Origin: an uncultured Verrucomicrobiae bacterium
GTDB taxonomy: Bacteria; Verrucomicrobiota; Verrucomicrobiia; Chthoniobacterales; UBA10450
DNA length: 64,000 nt
Reading direction: 5' to 3'
NCBI GenBank assembly: GCA_963801815.1
Contig: CAWDGJ010000002.1
Span: 192,001-256,000, forward strand
Part shown: positions 1-8,418 of the stretch, piece after piece
How positions within the stretch are numbered: position 1 is the first letter of the stretch
How the letters are laid out: each line of letters begins with the position of its first letter
Program-made: the position numbers and the translations under genes
Notes under the pieces: generated by a model
What the model was told of the DNA's origin: nothing
Seen by the model: only the letters and a program-made list of their open reading frames with translations
The model's database searches: none

Positions 1-7
1 CTGGCGC

Positions 8-907
8 GTGGCCGCCATCATCGTTCTCGCGATCACCGGAGTCAGCTGGCTTTTTGCACGGAGGATGGCCGGCTATGTCGGAGGTGGTGCGTGGTTCGTT
101 CTCTTGTTCTTGCCGGCAGTCGGTTTGCGCAAAGCTTCGCAGCTGGCCGAACAAGGCCGCTATGAATCGGCGGCACGGTTAACGGCGCTGCTTCAGTGGT
201 TGCATCCGACCGTGCAAGTACGCGAACAAATCAGAGTTTTCCGGACGTTTGCCTCGCGGTGGCACGGTGGCGCACCGGCCCAACCCGAGACCTCGTGGAA
301 GTCGGTGCTCTATCAGCGAGTGAGAGAATCGCCCATCGTCTTTCTCTTCATTCTCATCAACCTTGCCGTGTTCTACGTCGAGTTGCGCAGGAACGCTTTC
401 AACTATCCAGGCGTGATGCGTCGACTCGGCGCTTTGGATTACGCGGAGGTTATCGGCGAAGGCGAATTTTGGCGCCTGCTGACCGCATTATTTCTTCATT
501 ACGGCTGGACCCATCTCATCTTTAATCTTTTTGCGCTTTATGTGCTCGGGCCGCCGCTCGAACGAGCGATCGGTTCCATCCGGTTTGCGGTCGCTTACCT
601 GGTTTCCGGCATCGGATCCACCGGCGGCGTGATCGCGCTCACCTTATTAGGAGTCGTACGGAAGGCGGAATTAGTCGGCGCATCGGGCAGCATTATGGGA
701 ATTGTCGGAGCGTCGGCGGGATTCCTTGTTCGTCATCGTCATGTTGGGCAGGCGAAACAACGATTGCTTAACATTTTGATGATCATTGTGATTCAGGTCG
801 TGTTCGACATTTCCACTCCGCAAGTCAGTACTTCCGCACATTTGTGCGGCCTGGTGAGCGGGTTTCTTCTCGGGCTTTACCTTGCTCCACCGAAGGCAGT
901 TATCTAG
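8..907 (+). CDS. Rhomboid family intramembrane serine protease (may extend 5' of the window)
   Basis: WRLLTALFLH..HLIFN, catalytic GASG and AHLCG motifs; several TM helices; frame is open to the window edge. Confidence 0.9.
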   Translation: MAAIIVLAITGVSWLFARRMAGYVGGGAWFVLLFLPAVGLRKASQLAEQGRYESAARLTALLQWLHPTVQVREQIRVFRTFASRWHGGAPAQPETSWKSVLYQRVRESPIVFLFILINLAVFYVELRRNAFNYPGVMRRLGALDYAEVIGEGEFWRLLTALFLHYGWTHLIFNLFALYVLGPPLERAIGSIRFAVAYLVSGIGSTGGVIALTLLGVVRKAELVGASGSIMGIVGASAGFLVRHRHVGQAKQRLLNILMIIVIQVVFDISTPQVSTSAHLCGLVSGFLLGLYLAPPKAVI

Positions 908-996
908 GGGAAAAATTGGCGCGGCTTATGCACTAGAGGTTCGAGAAACTTGCCGACTGAAGAATTCTTCGCCACCTTCTCACTTCGCTGCCGCCC

Positions 997-3549
997 ATGC
1001 CAACGTTCCAAATCTATAATGTAATTCCCACACTTCCGGCTGCGCTCGAGCCACTGCGAGAAATCACTTTCAATCTTTGGTGGACCTGGGAACCAGCAGC
1101 CCGGCGACTCTTCCGTCACCTCGATCCCGATCTTTGGGACCGGACCAATCATAATCCGGTGCGGATGTTGCAGCTTTCGCGGCAGGCGCGGCTCGAGGAA
1201 CTCGCGCAGGACAAAAACTTTCTCCGCGACCTTAAACAGCTGCACGACGCATTCCGAAATTATCTCGCGCGTCAGGACAGTTACGGAAAAACGGGCGCGG
1301 CTGCCGCGATCAAGAGACCGATCGCGTATTTTTCGGCCGAGTTTGGTTTTCACGAATCGATTCCCAATTATTCCGGCGGCCTGGGCATTCTTGCCGGTGA
1401 TCATTGCAAGTCCGCAAGCGATCTCGACTTAAACTTCGTCGCGGTGGGGCTGTTGTATCGCCACGGTTATTTCCGGCAGGAAATCGACAAGGACGGCGCG
1501 CAACAAGCGATCAGTCTCAATCAGAATTTTCATCATCTGCCCATTCGCGAAGTGCAACGTGACGGCACGAACCTTCTCATCTCCGCTCGCATTTTGGACC
1601 GCGACGTGTTCGCAAAGGTTTGGCAATTGCAGGTTGGTCGGATCAATCTATATCTGCTCGATACCGATATTCCGGAAAACAACGCCGAAGATCGTCTGAT
1701 CACTGCCGAGCTCTACGGCGGCGATCAGGAAATGCGGATGCGGCAGGAGATCATGCTTGGCATTGGCGGGGTTCGAACATTGAGCGCGCTCGGGATCGAT
1801 CCGGAAGTGTTTCACATGAACGAAGGCCACTCGGCATTTCTTGCGCTCGAACGGATTCGTCGAAACGTCGCCGACAAGAAACTCGATTTTTACTCCGCGC
1901 TCCAAATCGTGGCATCGGCCAACGTGTTCACGACCCACACGCCGGTGCCGGCCGGAAACGATTCGTTTCCACGCGACATGATGCGCAAATACTTTGGCGA
2001 CTTCGCCAAGGAAATCGGCATCCCGTTCGATGAGCTTTTCTCGTTCGGTCAAACTCGGGTCGATCGGTCGGACCCGTTCAGTATGACGATCCTCGCGTTG
2101 CGAATGAGTCGTCATTCCAATGGCGTGAGCAAGTTGCACGGCGACGTCAGCCGCTCGCTTTGGAAGGATGTTTGGAATGGTGTTCCGGTGCACGAAGTCC
2201 CGATCACCAGCGTGACCAACGGAATTCACACAAAAACCTGGATGGCGCCTGAGTTCTCCGCGCTTTATCGAAAATATCTCGGCGAATGGGAGGAACACAT
2301 CGCCGAGCCGGATTTTTGGCGCCGCGTCATGGATATTCCGGACGCCCAACTCTGGGACACGCACCAACAATTGAAACGTCGCCTGGTTGAATTTGTCCGG
2401 GAGCGCGTGCGCCTGCGACGTCAGCGCATCGGCGACTCACCCGAAGCGATTCGCAATGTGAACCGGATTCTCGATCCAGAGGTTCTCACGATCGGGTTCG
2501 CGAGACGCTTCGCCACCTACAAACGGGGCGCGCTTTTGTTTAGCGATAAGGAGCGACTGAAGCGCTTGCTGAACGATACCACGCGGCCAGTTCAATTCAT
2601 TTTCGCCGGCAAAGCACATCCGCGAGACGAAGGTGGTCGCGCATTGATCCAGCAGGTCTACAAATTCAGTTGCGAAGCCGGATTCGAAAATCGCGTGGTT
2701 TTCTTGGAAGATTACGACAGCTACATCGCGCGACGCCTTGTGCAAGGCGTCGATCTTTGGCTGAACACTCCGTTAAGGCCGATGGAAGCAAGCGGGACCA
2801 GCGGAATGAAATGCTGTCCGAATGGTGGAATTAACCTCAGCGTGCTTGACGGATGGTGGCTTGAGGCTTTCAACGGAAACAACGGTTGGGCGATTGCGCC
2901 AGAGATCAAGGACGGGACGGTTGAGTTTCAAAGCGAAGTCGATACCAACAGCCTTTATCAGTTGCTCGAAAACCAGATCATTCCGCTTTATTACGCGAAG
3001 CCGGACGGCAAACTTCCGCTGGCCTGGCTGCAATTGATGCGCGAATCGATCCGCAGCGTCACGCCGATCTTCAATACGCATCGCATGGTGAAGGATTACA
3101 CCGAGCGTCTTTATATTCCTGCCGCACGATCGCACGGGAATTTTTCGAACAACGGCTGCGAACCGGCAACTCATTTGAGTCAGTGGAAATCGCACATGCG
3201 AAAAGTTTGGCCACAAGTCCGGATCTACGACGTGCAGGTCGGCAACAAAGATCGACAAAACATTTTGGTCGGCGAATCACTTCAAGTCAGCGCCCACGTC
3301 AATCTCGGCGACGTCGATCCGAGCCACGTCCGCGTGGAGGCCTATCATGGCGAAGCCGAGAACGGCGGAATCAAGAATCCGTCGGTAACAGTCTTGAATC
3401 CGAGCGGCCGCAACGGCGACGGCAGTTACGTTTATCAAGGCTCCGTGCCCGCTTCGGAAAGCGGGGCCTATGGATTCAGTGTCCGTGTCGTCCCAACGCA
3501 TCCCAATATGATGCAAGGGCATGAGCTGCGCTTGATCACCTGGTCGTAG
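997..3549 (+). CDS. glgP: Alpha-glucan (glycogen) phosphorylase
   Basis: YFSAEFG, YSGGLGILAGD, HMNEGH, FARRFATYKR and EASGTSGMK (PLP lysine) motifs; 850 aa. Confidence 0.97.
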   Translation: MPTFQIYNVIPTLPAALEPLREITFNLWWTWEPAARRLFRHLDPDLWDRTNHNPVRMLQLSRQARLEELAQDKNFLRDLKQLHDAFRNYLARQDSYGKTGAAAAIKRPIAYFSAEFGFHESIPNYSGGLGILAGDHCKSASDLDLNFVAVGLLYRHGYFRQEIDKDGAQQAISLNQNFHHLPIREVQRDGTNLLISARILDRDVFAKVWQLQVGRINLYLLDTDIPENNAEDRLITAELYGGDQEMRMRQEIMLGIGGVRTLSALGIDPEVFHMNEGHSAFLALERIRRNVADKKLDFYSALQIVASANVFTTHTPVPAGNDSFPRDMMRKYFGDFAKEIGIPFDELFSFGQTRVDRSDPFSMTILALRMSRHSNGVSKLHGDVSRSLWKDVWNGVPVHEVPITSVTNGIHTKTWMAPEFSALYRKYLGEWEEHIAEPDFWRRVMDIPDAQLWDTHQQLKRRLVEFVRERVRLRRQRIGDSPEAIRNVNRILDPEVLTIGFARRFATYKRGALLFSDKERLKRLLNDTTRPVQFIFAGKAHPRDEGGRALIQQVYKFSCEAGFENRVVFLEDYDSYIARRLVQGVDLWLNTPLRPMEASGTSGMKCCPNGGINLSVLDGWWLEAFNGNNGWAIAPEIKDGTVEFQSEVDTNSLYQLLENQIIPLYYAKPDGKLPLAWLQLMRESIRSVTPIFNTHRMVKDYTERLYIPAARSHGNFSNNGCEPATHLSQWKSHMRKVWPQVRIYDVQVGNKDRQNILVGESLQVSAHVNLGDVDPSHVRVEAYHGEAENGGIKNPSVTVLNPSGRNGDGSYVYQGSVPASESGAYGFSVRVVPTHPNMMQGHELRLITWS

Positions 3550-3595
3550 TCCGACCTCAATTCCCGCCTCTGACGACCCATGCGTCAGAATTTTA

Positions 3596-3895
3596 TTACC
3601 GCACTTTGTCGAACTCCATCACGACGTCACGATCATCAAAGCGGACATGCGTCGATGAAGCGAAATGAAAAACGGTGCGGCCAGAGCGAATTTCCTTAAC
3701 CGCGAAACGCACTTCGCGATCGTGGATTTTGAAGGTCAGGGTCAAGGCCATTTTGCGGAAGCTCGCATCCATCGTCTTGATCCACTCCTTAAACCGCTCC
3801 GCAGTGAAAGTTCCCATATCCCGCAATAAAACAGTGTGGACAAGGTGCCGGATAACCTCGCGCTGACCCTTTGTTGCTGAATGCAAGCCCTTCAT
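3596..3895 (-). CDS. Hypothetical protein (99 aa)
   Basis: ATG-started ORF filling the gap convergent with glgP; no motif recognised. Confidence 0.6.
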   Translation of the reverse strand: MKGLHSATKGQREVIRHLVHTVLLRDMGTFTAERFKEWIKTMDASFRKMALTLTFKIHDREVRFAVKEIRSGRTVFHFASSTHVRFDDRDVVMEFDKVR

Positions 3896-3998
3896 AAATG
3901 AGGAGTTTCGAGCACGAAGGATGCCGCGGGAATTTCAGAAAATGGTAAAAAGTGTCTAACATGAACGAACAAGCCGGAAGCCTTTTGTTAAGAGCACT

Positions 3999-4119
3999 TT
4001 CATTTAACACCGCGCTTCAGCGCGGTGGGTCTGACCAAATGTGAATGGTAAAGCCGTTTAAACGGCTTACACCTGTCGAGCCCGACCACCGGCGGCCGGA
4101 AAGGCGGGTGTCAATCAAA
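3999..4119. repeat. Palindromic REP/MITE-like intergenic element
   Basis: Hairpin CACCGCGC-TTCA-GCGCGGTG (4008-4027), perfect palindrome AAGCCGTTTAAACGGCTT (4051-4068), imperfect inverted ends (CATTTAACACC ... GGTGTCAATCA). Confidence 0.6.
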
Positions 4120-5643
4120 TCAATCGATTGCGCTGAGGGCGCGCATGAATTCGGAGAAATCCTTGCCGTTGCGGGCGGCTTGGTTTAGCGCTTCGAGCCG
4201 TGCGTCGGCGAACGCTTCGGGAAGCCCGACCCGGCGCGAGAGCGCGCCGTTGGCGAAGACCAGCTCGTCCCATTGAATCGACGCGATTTGATCGTTGAAT
4301 CGGGCAACCGATCGACCGCGAAAGAATGCGCGTGTCGTCTCCGGCGGAGTGAAAATCGCGGTCTTGATTTCGTCCTCTTTCACAAGCCGCCGAATCGATC
4401 CCTGGCGCGCGAGTTCGTAATACAAACCCGATTCAAGATCGACATTATGATATTCGAGATCGATCGATTGGAGCCAGGGATCGCTCCAGGAAAGTTTTTC
4501 CTCTTCCTGCAATGCATTGAGCAAAAACTTCTTCGCCGCCCAATCAATCCGGTCGCGCGTCGTCATCACGTCCCGCTCGAGATCGTTCAGAACATTTTCC
4601 CACTCCTGCAAAATCCATTGCCGATCCTCGTCCGGACCTTCCTGTTCCAACTTCATGGCCGCGCGAAGATAAATTCGTTGCACTTCAATTGCGGAAATCT
4701 TACGGCCGTCCTTGAGCTCGATGATCCAGTCGTAAGTTTGATCACGGCTGATCGATTTATTGGCGTCGATTGGTTGTGCAATTTCAAGCTGAGGCGCCCG
4801 ACCACGCTCGATCAAATCGAGAACAAGCCCGGTTGTTCCAATCTTGAGCGCGGTCGCCCATTCACTCATGTTCGAATCGCCGAGAATCACGTGAAACCGG
4901 CGATAGCGGCTGGCATCAACGTGCGGCTCGTCACGCGTATTAATGAGCGGACGGCGATTCATCGTGTCAATGCTGACCACGACACTGAAGAAATCCGCAC
5001 GCTGCGAAATTTGATAGACTCCCGGCTGTCCCGACGCGCTTTCAGCTTCAATGCCCATTTTTCCGGCGCCGGCAAAAATCTGGCGCGTGATTAGAAACGG
5101 GAGAATCGCGCCGACGATCCTGTCCCACGGCACTTCGCGCTTCATCAGATAATTGTCGTGGCAGCCGTAACTGTGACCGAAAAAATCAGTGTTGTTCTTG
5201 TAAAGGCGAACTTGTTGTCCGTTCGGCAAGTTCACATTTCTGCGGCGCGCGCATTCGGCCAGGATCCGTTCGCCGGCTTTGTCCTGCGCCACGATTTGTC
5301 GAATCGTTGTGCATTCCGGCGTCGAATATTCAGGATGGGCGTGATCGTTGTAAAAACGTGCGCCATTCGAAAGTACGAGATCGCTTTTGATTTCCTCGAA
5401 GCTCAGTGGCCGATTCTTGTCGATTTCGTAGTAAGCCGATTCATCCGTGTCCTGCATCAACGCCTTGGCCCGAAATCCGCGAGCATCGAGATGCGGGTCC
5501 TCAAGCTCGTAATCCCACTTCATGTGTGCGCCGTGGTCGGTGTACCGCCGCACCAGCTCGATTGATTCCGCCACAACGTCGACAGTCTCGGCGCCGTTGA
5601 CGGTGATGCCGTATTCCGTCTCGAGACCAAAGACGCGGTTCAT
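4120..5643 (-). CDS. dop: Dop-type depupylase/deamidase (PafA/Dop family)
   Basis: GLETEYGI, Dop-loop WDYELEDPHLDARGF, DHAHPEYSTPEC, LYKNNTD..SYGCHDNY, INTRDEPH, RRFHVILGD; the loop and the DHAHPEYS motif favour Dop over PafA. Confidence 0.9.
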   Translation of the reverse strand: MNRVFGLETEYGITVNGAETVDVVAESIELVRRYTDHGAHMKWDYELEDPHLDARGFRAKALMQDTDESAYYEIDKNRPLSFEEIKSDLVLSNGARFYNDHAHPEYSTPECTTIRQIVAQDKAGERILAECARRRNVNLPNGQQVRLYKNNTDFFGHSYGCHDNYLMKREVPWDRIVGAILPFLITRQIFAGAGKMGIEAESASGQPGVYQISQRADFFSVVVSIDTMNRRPLINTRDEPHVDASRYRRFHVILGDSNMSEWATALKIGTTGLVLDLIERGRAPQLEIAQPIDANKSISRDQTYDWIIELKDGRKISAIEVQRIYLRAAMKLEQEGPDEDRQWILQEWENVLNDLERDVMTTRDRIDWAAKKFLLNALQEEEKLSWSDPWLQSIDLEYHNVDLESGLYYELARQGSIRRLVKEDEIKTAIFTPPETTRAFFRGRSVARFNDQIASIQWDELVFANGALSRRVGLPEAFADARLEALNQAARNGKDFSEFMRALSAID

Positions 5644-5658
5644 GTGAGCCCTACTTTT

Positions 5659-5681
5659 GTAGGGGAAGGCGCTAGCTTCCC
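5659..5681 (+). repeat. GTAG-class REP copy 1
   Basis: GTAG-GGGAAGGCGCTAGCTTCCC: GTAG plus a GGGAAG..CTTCCC hairpin. Confidence 0.85.
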
Positions 5682-5697
5682 ATTCCTTCCCGTCTCT

Positions 5698-5720
5698 GTA
5701 GGGGAAGCTGTTAGCTTCCC
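5698..5720 (+). repeat. GTAG-class REP copy 2
   Basis: GTAG-GGGAAGCTGTTAGCTTCCC. Confidence 0.9.
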
Positions 5721-6168
5721 GTCATTAATGAAATCTAGGTAGTACGGCCAATCCTCAGATCGCCGCACAAGACCTGCGCGGACGGGATTCTCCTGGACGT
5801 AAGTCCATTTACTTCCCAGGTCTTCGTCAGAGCGCAGCAGACGATCAAAACATCCTCGCTGCCACTTCCAGTCTTGCGAGCCGAGGCTCTTCCGCAGCAA
5901 TCGCTTAAAGGCCGCTGCAAAATCGCCGATCGACAGTTCGCGGTCTTCAATGGGCGACACGATCATGTGAGCATGGTCGGGCATTATGACTGCGGCCAAT
6001 ACCTCCCATCGGCGCAACTGCGCTATCGCCTTCTTAATCGCCTCAAGTGTATGTAAATTCGCCAACACAGGCGGCCGACCTTCGACGCAGAGCGTGACGA
6101 AATAAATGATCTCCTTATCATCCGGCAGGAAGATTTCAGATAATCGCGGCGGCTCAGCCATTTGAATC

Positions 6169-6191
6169 GGGAAGCTGGCAGCTTCCCCTAC
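6169..6191 (-). repeat. GTAG-class REP copy 3 (inverted relative to copies 1-2)
   Basis: Reverse complement reads GTAG-GGGAAGCTGCCAGCTTCCC. Confidence 0.9.
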
Positions 6192-6194
6192 AGT

Positions 6195-7880
6195 TTAAAT
6201 GATCCCGGAACTCGCCTGGGCGGCCGAATCAACGATCGGCTTGACCGGCGCGATCTTGACCACGTTCTCAGGGTCGTAATCGATCAGTTTTAACCAATCC
6301 TCGGTGATATCGGTCGTCGGAAAGATATCGTTCTCCTCGTACTCGGCGTCGAACGCCAGGTGCAAATCCATTTCGCGAATCCCCTCCTCCTGTTGCGTTG
6401 CGATCACCCGCTTGATTGCCGTCGCTTTCGCGCGCTCGACGATCGACGCGATAATCGCGCCGCTAATGAGATCGCTCCGGTAAAGGATTTCTTTGCGACC
6501 ACTGCGAAGCGTGACTTCGAGAAACTTGTTTTCCTCCCGTCGCGTAAATTGCCAATCGACAAAGCGCTCGATCAGCTTGTCGACCGCTTCACCGATATGC
6601 TCCGCTTCTTTGGAAAAGGCGCCGTCGTAGGGCAAATCCGGCGTAAGATAAATCCGGTAGATGTCGCGGGCGCCGTCACGGTTCGGACGATTGACTTTGA
6701 TTTTGCGATCGATCCGGCCGGGCCGCAAAATCGCGGGATCGATCAAGTCTGCGCGGTTCGACGCGAGAATGATCACGACGTCGTTCAACGAATCGATACC
6801 GTCCATTTCCGAGCAAAACATCGGGACGAGCGTGGAAAGAATGTTTGAATAGCGCGACGCGCGGCGTGTTCCGAGAATCGATTCGGCTTCGTCGATGAAA
6901 AGGAAGGGCATGTAACCTTCCTTTCGTTTCTCGCGCGCCGTGGCAAAAATTTCACGCACCATGCGCTCCGATTCGCCGACCCACATGTTCAAAATCTCCG
7001 GGCCTTTTACGTGCATGAAGTATTCCTTCATCTCCGCACCGGTTTGTTCCCGAAGCTGCTTCGTAAGATTGTAGGCCGTCGCTTTGCCGATCAGCGTCTT
7101 TCCGCAACCCGGCGGACCGTAGAGCAAGAAACCCTTTGGCGTTGCATGCTGAAACTTTTTGAAAAGTTCGACATGCAGGAGCGGCAGCTCAATTGCGTCC
7201 TTGATCGCCTGCAATGCGTCCTCCTGGCCACCGACTTTCTCCCACGGAAGCTCAGGAACAACATCGAGATAATGTTCCTGCGATTTCGTGCTCGATAACA
7301 TTTCGAGCGCCATCCGGTAATTCGAATCCACGCGCACTTCATCGCCGGATTTCAAACTCGAACCGGCAAGATCGGCCGAACGCTGCAAGACCATCGATTG
7401 CGTCCCGTGTTCGGAACCGACGCGCAACCGGTCTTTGCCAAGGACTTCCGTAACTTTGGTCACTGGGCCGGCGGTCTCGAAGCCGAGATCCCCGACAATC
7501 ACGAACGCTTCGTTTACCAGAACGCGAGTTCCTTTCTTAAGTTTCGCGAGCGGAGTTCGGGGATCGACATTGCAGTAGTAATCTGCGCCACCCACGACGA
7601 TGTGCGCCGTGTCTTTGGAGGTTGGGCCTAAAAATGTGCCGATGCGATTGGCCGGTGAAGTGACCTTCTTGATCACCTCTTCCAGCTTTTCGATCATCTG
7701 CCGCGCTTCGCCGATCATTTGCGATTGATCGAACACCTGCGGACGCAGATCGAGCAGATCGCGCCGGAGTGGATCGCCCGGGGGCAGCGAAGCAATTACG
7801 CGGTCGAGTTTATCGAGCAACGGAAGGTTCGACGCGGGCTCGTCTACGTTTTCGAAATCTCTGCTACGTTCCTCGCTCAT
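6195..7880 (-). CDS. arc: ARC/Mpa-like proteasome-associated AAA ATPase
   Basis: N-terminal coiled coil plus OB-type interdomain, Walker A GPPGCGKT, Walker B FIDE, KGPEILNMWVGESER, SNRADLIDPAILRPGRID; upstream of dop. Confidence 0.88.
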   Translation of the reverse strand: MSEERSRDFENVDEPASNLPLLDKLDRVIASLPPGDPLRRDLLDLRPQVFDQSQMIGEARQMIEKLEEVIKKVTSPANRIGTFLGPTSKDTAHIVVGGADYYCNVDPRTPLAKLKKGTRVLVNEAFVIVGDLGFETAGPVTKVTEVLGKDRLRVGSEHGTQSMVLQRSADLAGSSLKSGDEVRVDSNYRMALEMLSSTKSQEHYLDVVPELPWEKVGGQEDALQAIKDAIELPLLHVELFKKFQHATPKGFLLYGPPGCGKTLIGKATAYNLTKQLREQTGAEMKEYFMHVKGPEILNMWVGESERMVREIFATAREKRKEGYMPFLFIDEAESILGTRRASRYSNILSTLVPMFCSEMDGIDSLNDVVIILASNRADLIDPAILRPGRIDRKIKVNRPNRDGARDIYRIYLTPDLPYDGAFSKEAEHIGEAVDKLIERFVDWQFTRREENKFLEVTLRSGRKEILYRSDLISGAIIASIVERAKATAIKRVIATQQEEGIREMDLHLAFDAEYEENDIFPTTDITEDWLKLIDYDPENVVKIAPVKPIVDSAAQASSGII

Positions 7881-7913
7881 CTTAAAACCCCGTCCACACC
7901 CGAATGTCCGACG

Positions 7914-7942
7914 ATTATATCTTTCTCGTCAAATCTTCGCAA
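7914..7942 (-). promoter_or_regulatory. Sigma70-type promoter for arc
   Basis: TTGCGA-N17-TATAAT on the minus strand, 33 nt upstream of the arc ATG. Confidence 0.65.
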
Positions 7943-7996
7943 TCTTCGACGCCATAGCCCACAAAATGTTCAACCCTCGCCTACGGCGAAAGTTTC

Positions 7997-8125
7997 AAAT
8001 CCCAAAACCCAGGCTCCAGGCAGCACACAAAATACAAGCCCTAAAATACCAAGAAGTGCGGCCCAACTTTTTGAGCTTTCCGAGTTTAAATTTGCTTAGA
8101 ATTTGAAGCTTGGGATTTGGGATTT
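7997..8125. repeat. Heptamer-periodic inverted-repeat intergenic element (CCAA/TTGG variant)
   Basis: AAATCCCAAAACCCAGGCTCCAGG ... TTTGAAGCTTGGGATTTGGGATTT; same architecture as 52702-52822 and 59395-59519. Confidence 0.6.
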
Positions 8126-8171
8126 CGACGAGCGGTTTTGCCACGCGGATACGTTTTCGTCCTGATCTCAG

Positions 8172-8200
8172 TTGCGGCATCTGCGCGTCAACTTTACACT
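8172..8200 (+). promoter_or_regulatory. Sigma70-type promoter for tRNA-Asp
   Basis: TTGCGG-N17-TACACT, 13 nt upstream of the tRNA. Confidence 0.6.
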
Positions 8201-8213
8201 GTGCGCTCGTCGA

Positions 8214-8287
8214 GGAGCCTTAGCTCAATTGGTTAGAGCGCCGCCCTGTCACGGCGGAGGTTGCGGGTTCGAGCCCCGTAGGCTCCG
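8214..8287 (+). tRNA. tRNA-Asp(GTC), CCA not encoded
   Basis: Acceptor stem GGAGCCT/AGGCTCC, D-arm TAGCTCAATTGGTTAGAGC, anticodon arm CCGCC-CTGTCAC-GGCGG, T-loop GGTTCGAG. Confidence 0.97.
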
Positions 8288-8418
8288 GGATTTTTGTATT
8301 ACAAAAAGTCATCTAACAAGGACAAGCTCGGCTAATTTATTCTTGTCGCAATAATTGCGCTGGGTTGACTCGAGTTGCTCGCGCAGCGGGGATGCGAGCT
8401 GGATCATCGACATGATAA

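Larger units (their letters stand above)
5640..6161 (-). mobile_element. REP-associated tyrosine transposase (RAYT, Y1/HUH family)
   Basis: YFVTLC, HUH motif MPDHAH, WQRGCFDRLLR, catalytic Tyr in YVQENPVRAGLV..WPY; flanked by GTAG REPs. Confidence 0.9.

Noticed and set aside
3596..4119. UBact/Pup gene downstream of dop
   Set aside because: No short ORF ending in GE/GQ was found; the 99-aa ORF ends FDKVR and does not resemble a disordered tag.
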